From the NCBI GenBank assembly GCA_010909165.1, contig MU008176.1, forward strand, positions 922,856 through 986,855: a stretch of 64,000 nt of DNA, read 5' to 3'. Of the stretch, positions 22,056 through 33,343 are shown in pieces (the first letter of the stretch is position 1; every line of letters begins with the position of its first letter). The DNA comes from Anthoceros angustus. Its lineage: Eukaryota > Plantae > Anthocerotophyta. The position numbers were made by a program, and so were the translations under genes. The notes beneath the pieces were generated by a model. That model saw only the letters and a program-made list of their open reading frames with translations, was not told where the DNA came from and ran no database searches.

Positions 22056-25000
22056 TCAGGAGTTCAGATGTGGTACGTATGATTGATTCTTCACTTTAAA
22101 ACAAAGCTGTTCCAAATTCTGCGTACCTTTACTCCTTTGATGCTTCTTATAACCAACCAAAAAACTATGCACAAGTCCACCCATGTCTGTCCACCAGCTC
22201 TGGCCTGGCTGCTTCCACGCCCGGACTGTTATCCTCCTCGCCTGCAGCTCCTGTGCCTGCACCCACATCTCGGCACTGCTGTATATGTTGGACATCAACA
22301 CATATGCCGTAGCATTTTTCTTGTCTAGCTTCACTGCTTCATGGAAAGCATGGCGTCCCAGCTCCACGTTGCTCCACTTCAGACAAGCACCCAATAGGGT
22401 GTGCCAAACTGCCGCATCAGGGGGTACAGTCATTCTCTTTACTACAGCTAGAGCCTCGTCCAGTTGTCCAGCACGACCCAGGAGACCCACCATGCATGTG
22501 AGGTGATCCGTCGTTGGGGTGATGCCATAGTGTCTACTCATAGCCTCAAAGTACTCGTGCCCCTTGTTCACTAGACCTGTATGACAGCAAACTGTTAGTA
22601 CAGCAATGAAGGTGATGCCGTCTGGTTGTATGCCATCCTCTCTCATTTTAAGAAACAAATCGAAGACCTCTTCACTGTCTCCTTGACGGCTGTACCCTCC
22701 AATCAGTGCATTCCACGGGACAATATCGCGTTTGGGCATTGTCCCGAACACCTGATGTGCATCAACCATGCTACCGCACTTTGCATACATGTTTATCAAA
22801 CTGCCGGCTACAAGCATGTCAGTTTGGAGCCCTTGTTGTTTGATTTGCACATGAAGCTGGCTTCCCAGCTGCAAAGCTGCGACACTTGCACATGCTTGAA
22901 GGAGACACACAAACGTCACGGCATTGGGTGCAACAATCCCTTCTTCTTGCATGGCCCTGTAAAGACGGAGGGCGTCGTGCCCCATTCCCTGCTTGGAATA
23001 TCCTGCTATCATGGCACTCCAGGTCACTACATTCTTTTCACCAAGCTTGTCAAACACGACCTGGGCATCCTCCAGGCTGCCGCACTCTGCATACATGTGT
23101 ACCAAACTGTTGGCTACAAAGACATCAGCCTCAAGCTTTTGCTTCCTAATTTGTGCATGAAGCTGTTTACCCATCTCCAGAGCCTGGGTGCCCACACTTG
23201 CACATGCCTGCAGGAGAGACACGATTGTCACAGAATCAGGAGCTGCTATACCCTCTTGTTGCATAGACCTGTAAAGATGAAGAGCTTCCTGCCCCATGCC
23301 CTGCTGGGAGTATCCTGCTATCATGGCACTCCACGTCATTGCATCCCTCCGAGGCAGTCCATTGAAGGTGCCTCGAGCAGCCTCCGGGCTGCCACACTTC
23401 ACGTACATGCTTATCAAACTGCTGGCTACAAACACGTCAGCTTGAAGTCCTTGCTCTTGTATCTGCTCGTGAAGTTGCTTCCCCTTCTCAAAAGCCGGGG
23501 TGCCCACACTTGCACACGCCTGCAGGAGGCACACAAATGTCACAGCATTAGGTGCAACAAAACCTTGTTCTTGCATAGCCGCATAGAGACGAAGGGCTTC
23601 CTGCCCCATGCCCTGCTGGGAATATCCTGCTATCATGGCACTCCACGTCACCACGTCTTTCTGAGCCAGTCCATCAAACACTCCTCGAGCATCATCCAGG
23701 CTGCCACACTTTGCATACATGTTTACCAGGCTCCCACCTACAACCACTTCTGCCTGAAGTCCCCGTTCTCTGATCTTCGCATGGAGCTGAATCCCCTCCT
23801 CCAATGCCGAGTTGCCCAAACTTGCACATGCCTGCAGGAGGCACACAAATGTCACAGAATTCGGTGTAACAATGCTGACTTCTTGCATACCCCTGTACAG
23901 ATGCAGAGCTTCCAGCCCCATACTCTGTTGGGCATATCCTGCTATCATGGCATTCCATGTCACCACATTCTTCTGCTCAAGTTCATCAAACACCTCCCGT
24001 GCACCCTCTAGGTTGCCACACTTTGCATACATGTTTACCAGGCTCCCACCTACAACTACATCTGCCTGAAATCCTCTTTCTTTGATGTGTGCATGAAGCT
24101 GCTTCCCCTTCTCCAAAGCCGGTGTCCCCACACTTGCACACGCCTGCAGGAGGCACACAAATGTGACGGAATTGGGCGCAACAATGCCGTCTTCTTGCAT
24201 AGCCCTGTAAAGATCAAGGGCTTCCTGCCCCATCCCCTGCTTGGAATATCCTGCTATCATGGCACTCCATGTAACCACATTTTTCTGAGGAAGCCAGTCG
24301 AACACTCTTTGAGCGTCTTCCAAGCTGCCACACTTTGCATACATGTCCACCAAGCAGCTACAAACAAACGCATCGCGCTCAACGCCACTAGCCAGCAGAT
24401 CAGCATGCACCTGCTGCCCAGATTTGAGGTCTGCCCCCCTGGCACAAGCCTGCAAGGCCGCCACAAACACATGGCCATCGGGCTTCACACTTGACCTGAG
24501 CATCAGATGATACAATTGTATGGCCTGCTTCTCTTGTCCATGCCTAACATGCGCAGAGATTATAGAGGACCACATGAAGGCATCCGGTTCAGGAACCACT
24601 GTAAACAAATCCATGGCTTCTTGCAACTTGGCATGAGAAGCATACATTCGCAGAATGTGGTTGCACAGGAACGTGTCCGACTCATATCCCCTCTTCACGC
24701 TGAGAGCGTGAACCCGGCGACCCAGAGCCAAATCCTTCTTACTCATACATCCTCTCAGGACCTTATAGAAGAGAGATCCGTCGATCCGACAGTCAGTGCG
24801 CACCAGGCCTCCCAGGGCCTCAACGGCCTCAGTGAGCTGCCCCAGCTGACATAGCTTGCTCACGGTCTCACCCGTTACGCCCCTTTCGTATCCTGCAGCC
24901 CCCCGGTCACCCACCTTGCTCCATTTGGATTTCTCACACATCTGCACATCCACAGCAACCAGCTGCACATCCACCGAAGCTGCCATGTATCCATTGTTCA

Positions 25001-25286
25001 GCCAGAGGACATCCCTGGACACCATAGAGCTCTTATTTTTCTGCCCGCTATCCCACCAAAGCGTAGGCTCCAGGACACATGGTCGCTCGTCTGCAGCCAG
25101 ACATCCTCGTCGACGGGCTGGATTCCAGCACCTCGCGGCTTCGTTGTTTGCCATCGGTTGCTTCCTGGAAGCCAGATGAGCGGGAGTTCTTCCCAGACCC
25201 TCGAGCCCACCAAGTTGCTGGGTTCTCCAAAACTGATCTCCCTGTTGCCCCTTCCCTGACTCAATTCCCACGCTCCACACAGCCAT
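22056..25286 (-). CDS. PLS-class PPR protein (E+ type, truncated WW-type DYW), ~1076 aa
   Basis: Intronless, five internal PLS triplets with a 312-bp DNA period (tcctgctatc at 23001, 23313, ...). Ends KQPGQSWWTDMGGLVHSFLVGYKKH...SYVPHLNS*. ATG (MAVWSV...) at 25286; the ORF-track start at 25442 is TTG. Confidence 0.95.
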   Translation of the reverse strand: MAVWSVGIESGKGQQGDQFWRTQQLGGLEGLGRTPAHLASRKQPMANNEAARCWNPARRRGCLAADERPCVLEPTLWWDSGQKNKSSMVSRDVLWLNNGYMAASVDVQLVAVDVQMCEKSKWSKVGDRGAAGYERGVTGETVSKLCQLGQLTEAVEALGGLVRTDCRIDGSLFYKVLRGCMSKKDLALGRRVHALSVKRGYESDTFLCNHILRMYASHAKLQEAMDLFTVVPEPDAFMWSSIISAHVRHGQEKQAIQLYHLMLRSSVKPDGHVFVAALQACARGADLKSGQQVHADLLASGVERDAFVCSCLVDMYAKCGSLEDAQRVFDWLPQKNVVTWSAMIAGYSKQGMGQEALDLYRAMQEDGIVAPNSVTFVCLLQACASVGTPALEKGKQLHAHIKERGFQADVVVGGSLVNMYAKCGNLEGAREVFDELEQKNVVTWNAMIAGYAQQSMGLEALHLYRGMQEVSIVTPNSVTFVCLLQACASLGNSALEEGIQLHAKIRERGLQAEVVVGGSLVNMYAKCGSLDDARGVFDGLAQKDVVTWSAMIAGYSQQGMGQEALRLYAAMQEQGFVAPNAVTFVCLLQACASVGTPAFEKGKQLHEQIQEQGLQADVFVASSLISMYVKCGSPEAARGTFNGLPRRDAMTWSAMIAGYSQQGMGQEALHLYRSMQQEGIAAPDSVTIVSLLQACASVGTQALEMGKQLHAQIRKQKLEADVFVANSLVHMYAECGSLEDAQVVFDKLGEKNVVTWSAMIAGYSKQGMGHDALRLYRAMQEEGIVAPNAVTFVCLLQACASVAALQLGSQLHVQIKQQGLQTDMLVAGSLINMYAKCGSMVDAHQVFGTMPKRDIVPWNALIGGYSRQGDSEEVFDLFLKMREDGIQPDGITFIAVLTVCCHTGLVNKGHEYFEAMSRHYGITPTTDHLTCMVGLLGRAGQLDEALAVVKRMTVPPDAAVWHTLLGACLKWSNVELGRHAFHEAVKLDKKNATAYVLMSNIYSSAEMWVQAQELQARRITVRAWKQPGQSWWTDMGGLVHSFLVGYKKHQRSKGTQNLEQLCFKVKNQSYVPHLNS

Positions 25287-26897
25287 GGCTGGTAAGAGCA
25301 AGCCTCGGTCCCACGGTGTCACGCGTTTCAATGAATCGGGCGAGTGGTGGACCTGGCCACGACCAACCTGGGAACGGACGAAATTCCCAGGAAAAGGTCC
25401 TGGTGATCGTGGAGTTATGAAATGGACGTCATCCACACTCAAATCCGTGTGACATCGTACACAGCATGTGCTTCACCATATCTATCCGCAACATTGGTAC
25501 TGCGCAAGCGTGAGACGACAGAGCTACTTTTTGTGCAACGTTGGGCCTGTAACCCAAGATTGCACACGAAAACAGTATCGTTGCCCTCAAGTACATCGCA
25601 CATTGCACCTGAAAGAACGTTGTTGGAAACAGCAGCACAAGCAACAAAGGGCCACGGCAAGCATTTCAGGAGCCCTCCAGCAGTAGTTTTAGTAGCTTGC
25701 AAACGGTGTGAGACCTATTAAAGTACTGCATTTGGAGCAACCAACAGGCTGACAAATGAAGCCTCCTAGCCTCCCATTGCTTTTGCTTGGGCCACGCGAT
25801 TGTGGGTTCATACAATCAAGCCCGTCACGGGACACACATCACGTCATCCCAATCTAGCGCTCCAACCGACAGCCATGTTAGTTAACCCGGCAGGTGGTGG
25901 AGAAGGCACCACATTCCACCAGACGATCTTCTCATGCCAGCCGCCCTGAATGAGACACATCTTCCGAGCTGTCTGTCCCGCGGGCACTTGTGACGGGCAC
26001 AGGAGGAAGCATGACGTCGACATACATGGTGCCAAGTCCTACATCAGGCTCAATCAACCCTAAGGTGCCTTTCATGCAGCAACTTCATCGCACTCGAGAC
26101 ACCGAACATGATCCATTCTGGATGTCAGCATTGCATGACGTTGCCTTGTGTCAAACATGCTCTCTCCCGAGGCCGTGCGATTCCGATGCAGGTGCCCCCT
26201 TCTCACCACTTCACCACTCGGCACAGATTACCCTAAACGATATAACCCATATCGGCGGGGTACGTCAAGCAGCCACATTAGGAACCAGAAGTAGAAGCAT
26301 CGAGGCCGGCGCGTGGCGCAGGTGTTTTAGTTTGGCATTAAGTATTCGAGTGGGCCTGATGAGCGCAGGCCCTCCTCCCCACTTCCCCATCTCCATCCCG
26401 TTGGGGATAGCGCGTACGGTGGCGCAGCGGCGAGGCGTCACGTCCGGAGAGGCGGCCCCGCAGCGCGGTGCAGTCATGATCGATTCCCTTCCCCTTTCCC
26501 TGGGCCGGGAGCAGCAGAGCTGATATGCCCGTTGCCTTTTCCGAGGCCAGGCGATCATGTCTCGAACTGCCTGCATGCGCTCCTTCCCCTCCCCCACTCG
26601 CCCACTCTGTTGTTGATGCAACGGATGCCCTCCGCCCGTCACACGCAACTTGGGTGTGTGTAGACTGATGATTGGTAACCTGGGAAGCGTGAGTCAGATC
26701 CAGGCCGGCCCGCTCTGTGTCACAACTGCTGCAGAGTTGCGGCAGCCAGGGCCTCCCTGAACCGTCCGCAGCTCAGGCACACTGCAGTAGTCTAACCCGG
26801 ATACAGGATACGACGTCGGCGGGATACGGCTACGACCAGACCAGCCGCACGTATGTACCTACATGGGCTGGAGACATACACAGCGCTGGATATACTC

Positions 26898-26946
26898 CAG
26901 GGCAGGGGCAGGGGCAGGGGCAGGGGCAGCGGCAGCGGCAGCGACC
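26898..26946 (+). repeat. (CAGGGG)n/(CAGCGG)n hexamer tract
   Basis: cagggcaggggcaggggcaggggcaggggcagcggcagcggcagcgac. Confidence 0.9.
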
Positions 26947-28567
26947 GGGTCCAGTAATGGCGAGCCGATCAGGTGAATCTTCCGTAGCCTCCGCAGCCTA
27001 GGCCTGCGGCTGCGGCTGCTGCCCCTGTAGCTGTGGCTGTAGCACAGACGGGCAGAATGGGTCGTTGGACTGGAGGAAAAGGACGCCCTGCAACTGGGCC
27101 GCGAAACAAAGCGCAGCAAAAAAAAGCAGTGGCAGTTCCGGTCCGAACGGCGGCCAGTGTCCTCACCTGACCACACCTGACGCCGTCTCTTTCGCCGAGC
27201 CCGTCAGGCCAGTGTGAACGCGTCTACGCACATACAGACATATTTAAAGCCAAGGCGCCTGTCACACAGACACAGCGACACTGCCGGTAACGCGAGCATC
27301 TGCTAACCGCCTCTAAAAACCGGGGGGTGACCGGTAGGTATTGCGGTTGGGATGGCCCCCCATGCCATGCCGCATGCCATTCCATGCGCCGTATGCTCAT
27401 CCCCCATGCCACGTGCCGCCCTCCTCTATTTTACATCCCCAAGTGGATTTTCGAAAAGAAAGGGGATATGCGCCCGATTGGAGCATTCCGGATCAGTCGT
27501 GCCGTGATGTGTGTGATGTGTGATGTGTCTTGTCGCGCGATCTCTCTCGCTGGTTCGTTTCGCCGCCATCGTATCGCCTCCCTCGTTCTGGCGAATGCTC
27601 ACTAGCTCCTAGGAGTCTTCCATCCTTCCACAAGTTTGTTCTCCTACCGATGTAGTGCGAAGGTTGTTCCTACCTCGTTTTGTATGTGTTACAAAAGCAC
27701 ACTTCACAATTCCTAATCCTTCCTCTATAGGAGCGGATATAATTTGATGGGTCGTTCCACATCCCCTCTATTTCGAAGGTAGGATAATCTCACCCATCCA
27801 CAACGACACACATAACGAGATAACGTTGATCCGGATTCCCATCCTCAAATTATACACGCGCCGAAAATGGAGGAGGAATCTACACAAAGCTGTGTCTTGA
27901 CTCGAGGTTTTAGGGCTTAGAGCGGGGGAGTGTCGGATTGAAGCGAGGTGACGGAAGGACAGGAGGAGGGCTGTTTAGTGGGAGGGAGATCGCGGGTTGA
28001 GCGGACCACGGGAGGGTGATATCTGATTCCTCAAGTTGCGCCGGACGGGTGGAGTTTCGCAGGCTGCGCCGGACGGCGAAACAAACCCTTGCTTTGCCTT
28101 TGCCCCGCCACTGGTGTTCTCCACCTTTTCCCTCCGCGACTGTTTTGCCTTGCCCCGCTTGCCCGACCGATCCCGAGACCCGCCTGAGCCAATCACCACC
28201 GGCCATGGCAGCTCGGGCGTGAAGGAGCTGGGTCACGCACGGCCTGACGCCGAGGCGCTGCCGCTGCCGACCTCAATTTGGGCGGCTTCGTGGAGCGGAG
28301 CTTCCTGGCAGCGGAGGGGAGCAGGCGGGGTGCAGCGCAGCTGAGAGCGTGCTTCGGCGGCCTGCATGGACGGGGCCGATCTTGATTGAGAAGCGCGGGG
28401 GCGGCGGGGCCTGCGGATGGTCGGAGGCTCGGCGGCTGGCCTGAGGTGATTGGATCTTGATCGATCCCGGCGCACGCAGCGGGAGCGAGGAGCGATTTGG
28501 CAGCGGCCCGGCCCGGATCGCGGTCTTGTTCTGTGGCCAGGAGCCCGGTAATTGAGCTCCGGGAGGA

Positions 28568-31500
28568 ATGACGGAGGTGTGTCAGCCTGTCGACCGTATC
28601 CTGTTCCTGTTTGCATGCGTGCCCGGAAGATGTGGCCGGGCTTGGTCTTGATCGCTCCCGGGAAGGAGCTGGGAGGAAGTGGTGCGGAGTTGCTGGTGGA
28701 GTGAAATTTTGGAGCGCTGTAATTGTCTTCTTTGGTGCCGAGATGAGTCGCTCCCGGGTGTGGAATGCCGTGCTTGATTGGGGCGTGAGGGAGAGGGCTT
28801 GGGAGCTTGCGGTGTTGCTATCTTGGTGGCAATTGCCCGGGGGATGAAATTGCCCGTAATTGCGGCCAATTGGCAGCTGGGGGCTCTACGCCATTGCTCG
28901 CGTGGTTACGCTCTTCTTTGCCGGTGCACCTGCTCAGCTGCTCTTTCCCGCCTTGCCGTGGAGGTTGCTGTGCACGAGTTGGTACTGCTTGTCGCTGTAG
29001 GTTTCGTAGCAAGTCTTGCTTGCCTTGCCTGCTCTGGTGCCTTTGTTTTCCGGAAGTTTGAAATTCTTGCCTTGGCTCGTCTCGGTTGCCGATGCATGGT
29101 CCTCGTCTCAAGTACTCTCTCGGTTCTCGCCTCTCTCGGTTCTTTTCCTTCGGTCTTGTCGCGTCTGATTCTTCCTCTGCTTCTGAAGGCTCAGCATTGC
29201 TGCGAACCGCGCCGGCCTTAGCGGCGTCGGTTGTTCATGCATGTCGACCACCTGCCTTCCTTCGCGTCTTGATGTATCTTTAGAACGTGTAGAGAAGTGG
29301 AGACTAATCGAATTCTCTGAAGTAGAATTCCCGATGCGCAATCGCGGATGGCTGGGATTTGGTGCGGTCACGTTGTCGTGAGGTGGTGGGAGGGAATTCA
29401 GGCCGTGGAATGGGGTGGACTGTGGCATCTGTTGTTGTGGTTGCAAGCGTGCTAGGTCACTGAATAGGAAGGGTTTTAGAACTTCCCTTGACTTAAGTCC
29501 ACAGAAGCGAGCGACTTGCGGCAGACTATGAGTACCGATGGTCAGATGAAGTCGGCTGAATCTGCTGAGGTACTTTCAGTGTGGCCGCTGAGCAACGTTT
29601 GGATCATTATCTCTTAATGGTTGTCCAGCCTGCCTGTGTCTCCTTTCTCATTTCTGATCAAGCCTGAGAGGGGTCTCTGAAAGTGATGCAGTGTTAGCTT
29701 GACACTTGTGACAATGCTGTTTAATTTTGCAGGTAGTTCCTGTTCAAGATGATAACTCATCTGACGGTGGTGGAGATGCACCTGCTGATGCCAATGATGC
29801 CCCTAGACCTAATGGAATACACGAGGGAGGGGTGGATCCTGCAATGTATTATGGCCCCCCAAATGCATACTGTGCCGGTTATGTCTACGATTATCAATCA
29901 GGTAACTCCTTATTGAGCTTGCCTTGAATTGCTCAAGATCCTACGCAGCAACAGCACGTTTCCTTGATGCTGTTGTCGGAATACACAATCCTCATCTGGT
30001 CGGGATGCCAGGCAGCCGTTGTTAAGTATCTTGTCTGAAAGCAACCTCAGGGCTGGTGTATGCATCATTGTCAGGCTACGAAGGAAATCCGGGTGACTGG
30101 GAGGACTATCGATATGTGGAAGGATCGGAAGCTCACCCTCCAGTAAGCATGGCTTTTGTCTCTGTAGGAAGCTCCGTTGAGTGTAACAGAGACTTGACTT
30201 GTTGCTTGTATGATCTCATGTGCAGTTGTACAGTGACACCGGTTCCGTTTATGTTCATGGGTATCCATATCCTCAACCAGCTTATGGTCCTTTCGGTCCT
30301 AGTGCAATTCCAGCAATGGGCCCTGATGGTCAGCTCTATGGTCCCCAGTCCTTCCCATATCCCAGCCACTTGTACTCCCAACAGGGAGGGCAATACTTGC
30401 AAGCACCTCCTGTGATGTCTGGAGAAGTTCCAGCTGGAGTTGGTGAACCTACCCCTCCTGGTGTTGATGGGTCCAATTCTGCCATGGCGAATGGAAACAG
30501 GTATCCTGTAGCAATGATGCCACCTCATGGCCCATATGGTAGGGGCGTTCTTCCTCTTACAGTACACAACCCAAATCATCATGACCTACGGACCTATGAG
30601 AATAATCGGGGCAGTAGTAATCAGTCCTGGGCGGATGTGACAAAGACTGCAGATGGTCAGCAGCGACCTGCAAACCCTACGCAAGTGCATGCGAGTGGTC
30701 CTCAGACGCTGCCTGCTGCTGTGCAATCAGCAGGCCAGACTGGCAGACCTAATTCAACGTTACAGGTCCTTCCTGATCCCTCTCAAGTCGTCTTCCCATC
30801 CTAATCTTTTTTGAACTGAAGATGCGGTTACTGCATTGTCTCATCAGGTGCTTCCCTTTTATAACTACTGTTTCTTTCCTTTCTCACTTGTGGGAGCTGG
30901 TGTTTGTCAGCAGATGCACATCCAAACACCTCCGCAGACGCAGCGGGCTCCCACATGTTCAGCTTCAAGTAGCTTGGGGCCAGGTGCATTGGCACGGGGC
31001 TACCCCCCCTTAGGAAGGCATGTCCATGTTCACAACCTGAATGGTGGTCCTAAAGCAGCCCGTGTGGTGGGCAGTGGTGGCTTAGACTCAAGGAGTAACG
31101 GTAGGAACTGGCCTGGTGCAGACAAGGGTGGGAAGCCAAGAGGAAGGGGCAATGGCCCTGTTGCTATGGGTAATGGCAATGGTAATGCCAATGGCAACGG
31201 TAATGGCAACAGCCATGGTAACGGCAATGGCAACCTTGATGTCCTAAATGAGCAAAACAGGGGGCCACGGACAACAAGGATAAGAAGTCTGCGGGCGACA
31301 CCTGGCGTGCTGCGGCATGCAAGAGGACAGGGGGGAACCTCGAATGGTAACAATGAAGCATTGACAGCTCTTGCCAACAAGGATCAGTACAACCGGCTTG
31401 ATTTTCCTACCAAGTATGAACATGCGAGATTTTTCGTCATAAAGTCATACAGTGAAGATGATGTTCATAAAAGCATCAAGTATAATGTTTGGGCTAGCAC

Positions 31501-32655
31501 CCCAAATGGCAACAAACGACTGGAGGTGGCATATCAGGATGCTCAGACAAGGTTCAGTGGACACTCTGAGAGCAGCTGTCCTATCTTCTTGTTCTTCTCG
31601 GTAATCTGTTTCGGTTTTGTTACTTCTGCCCATCGCCTGAAGTTTTGAAGCTTGTTGAATCTGCTGTTGGTGAATAGTTGCGTGTGAACGTCTCTCACCT
31701 CTTACTGGCATGGACAGGTAAATGCAAGCGGACAATTCTGTGGTGTAGCAGAAATGGCTGGATCAGTGGATTTCAACAAAAGTGTAGACTATTGGCAGCA
31801 GGACAAGTGGAATGGCCGCTTCAGTGTGAAGTGGCACATCATCAAAGATATCGCGAACTGTTATTTTCGTCACATTATTCTGGAAAACAATGACAACAAA
31901 CCCGTGACAAACAGTAGAGACACTCAGGAGGTAATTGACAAAGGAAACATGGCAAAGCGGGCCGTTTTTTGGTGGAATACACAGGAATATCCAGTTCTCG
32001 GGGTTGGAATGATCTGACTCTGCTCTACGTGGAATTTTGTTGAGCAGGTCAAATTTGAACAGGGACTGGAGATGCTCACTATCTTCAAGAATTTTGAGTT
32101 TAAGACTTCAATTCTGGATGATTTCCAGTTTTATGAGAACAGACAGAGAGCAATGCAAGAGAAAAAAGCTCGCCAACACGTTCAGCAACAACGGGAGCAC
32201 CGTCAGCAGGTGCACCCTTGTGACTTAAGCATTCATCTAAGGAGTCCTGTAATATGGTGGTTGAGTTCTTTTGCAATTAACGGGCTTAAAACGTTTTTTT
32301 ATTGTGGAAACAGGGAGAAGTGCACCTGGCTGGTAACCACGATAAAGTATGCTTTGATGATGCTTCTGCCAAGGTGAAGGTGGCGGCGAAGGCCACGGAA
32401 GTTGCAAGTGAGAATGGTCACAGTACAACAAACCCACGCATACTGTGCCCGGCTGAGGTGAACTCCAGATATGCTGTTAATCAGAGTGACATCTGTGAGT
32501 TGACGTCCCAGAGATTAGGGCAGTTAAGCTTGACGAATGAGAGGGAGAACTCCTCAGCTTCTTCTACAGACCCGGCCCCAGGTGAGGAGGGAACTGTTTT
32601 GACATCCGACTCATTGTCTGCTGACGAAAATGGGTTGGTGAAGCAGGAAAACTAG
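28568..32655 (+). CDS. ECT: YTH-domain m6A reader, YTHDF/ECT family (ECT2-like)
   Basis: Exons 28568-28595, 29505-29569, 29733-29901, 30075-30142, 30226-30765, 30911(or 30914)-31600, 31718-31930, 32048-32209, 32314-32655, all GT-AG. N-terminus [19 protein letters not shown] resembles plant ECT2 N-termini, followed by a Y/P/Q/G-rich disordered region. YTH domain [28 protein letters not shown]...[13 protein letters not shown]...[10 protein letters not shown]...[12 protein letters not shown] has all three aromatic-cage Trp. Confidence 0.95.
28596..29504 (+). other. Putative U12-type (minor spliceosome) GT-AG intron 1 of the YTH gene
   Basis: 5' splice site |GTATCCTG. Branch site TTCCCTTGAC at 29483-29492 with the branch A 13 nt before CAG|, and no polypyrimidine tract. 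Splicing gives an in-frame, ECT-like PVDQASDL. Confidence 0.8.
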
Positions 32656-33343
32656 CTTCGTTTGATAAGTGTTTTCAAGAGGCACTCTTTGCAGGGAGGC
32701 GTGTAGGTCGCTTGCCTCTGCTTGTTCAAGGTGCTCATATCCCGGTCGCTTGAGCCGATGAAGCCGGGTGTGAAATTGGGGCTTCGCTGGGGAGGATGCC
32801 CCAGGAATTGAGACGAATAAGGCGTTGGTGGGGAGGGAAGATGTGTATCTGTTTTGTAGCCGTTCAAGGATGGTTAGTCGAGTTGTGGTGAGTAGGTTGG
32901 TTTGGCCTCCGCTCCGTTGGCGTTTCTGGATGCGGATGGCAATTTTGTCAAATAACCGGCTAAAGCATATCAGTGTACTAAAAGCCTTGGCTTCTAATAA
33001 TACCCATCGTTTTGGGTTGCTGGAGGGAAGTTTTCCAGCGTAACCGTTGTGGTTTTTTTGCCATTTGCTGTAAAGCGTCCCGATCCAAAAGTTCGATTTC
33101 ATTTGCAGAACTAAAGTCTTTTTGGCGACATCTACTCTTCTAGGCTTTAGAAAGGTGGCACGAAATTCCTTTTCCTCACTTCCTATTCTTCACTTCCTGT
33201 CTGACTCCCTGCACTCGATGTGCAGTAAATGCAAATGGTATTTAAAAAAACCTCGTACCAAATTCGTTCATAGAGGTTTAAGGAGTCGTATGTGCCCAGT
33301 GCTCCTACGGCAGGCCAGAAAGTTAGACCAGATCGTGCCCCTC

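Noticed and set aside
22626-24011. 461-aa plus-strand ORF (also 15009-15884 and similar)
   Set aside because: Antisense shadows of the repetitive PPR coding strand; they follow the 312-bp period and have no independent motifs.
13857-25286. U-to-C editing enzymes
   Set aside because: The PG box is WW type rather than KP/GRP type, and the catalytic zinc-binding motifs are absent.
25287-25442. ORF-track N-terminal extensions of PPR genes (also 20553-20579)
   Set aside because: They start at TTG; the first ATGs (25286, 20552) align with the ATG of the paralogue at 16385.
27910-29446. Many overlapping ORFs in GC-rich DNA (also 35111-35951)
   Set aside because: Explained as 5' UTR and first-intron sequence of the YTH and UBP1 genes; high GC lowers stop-codon frequency.
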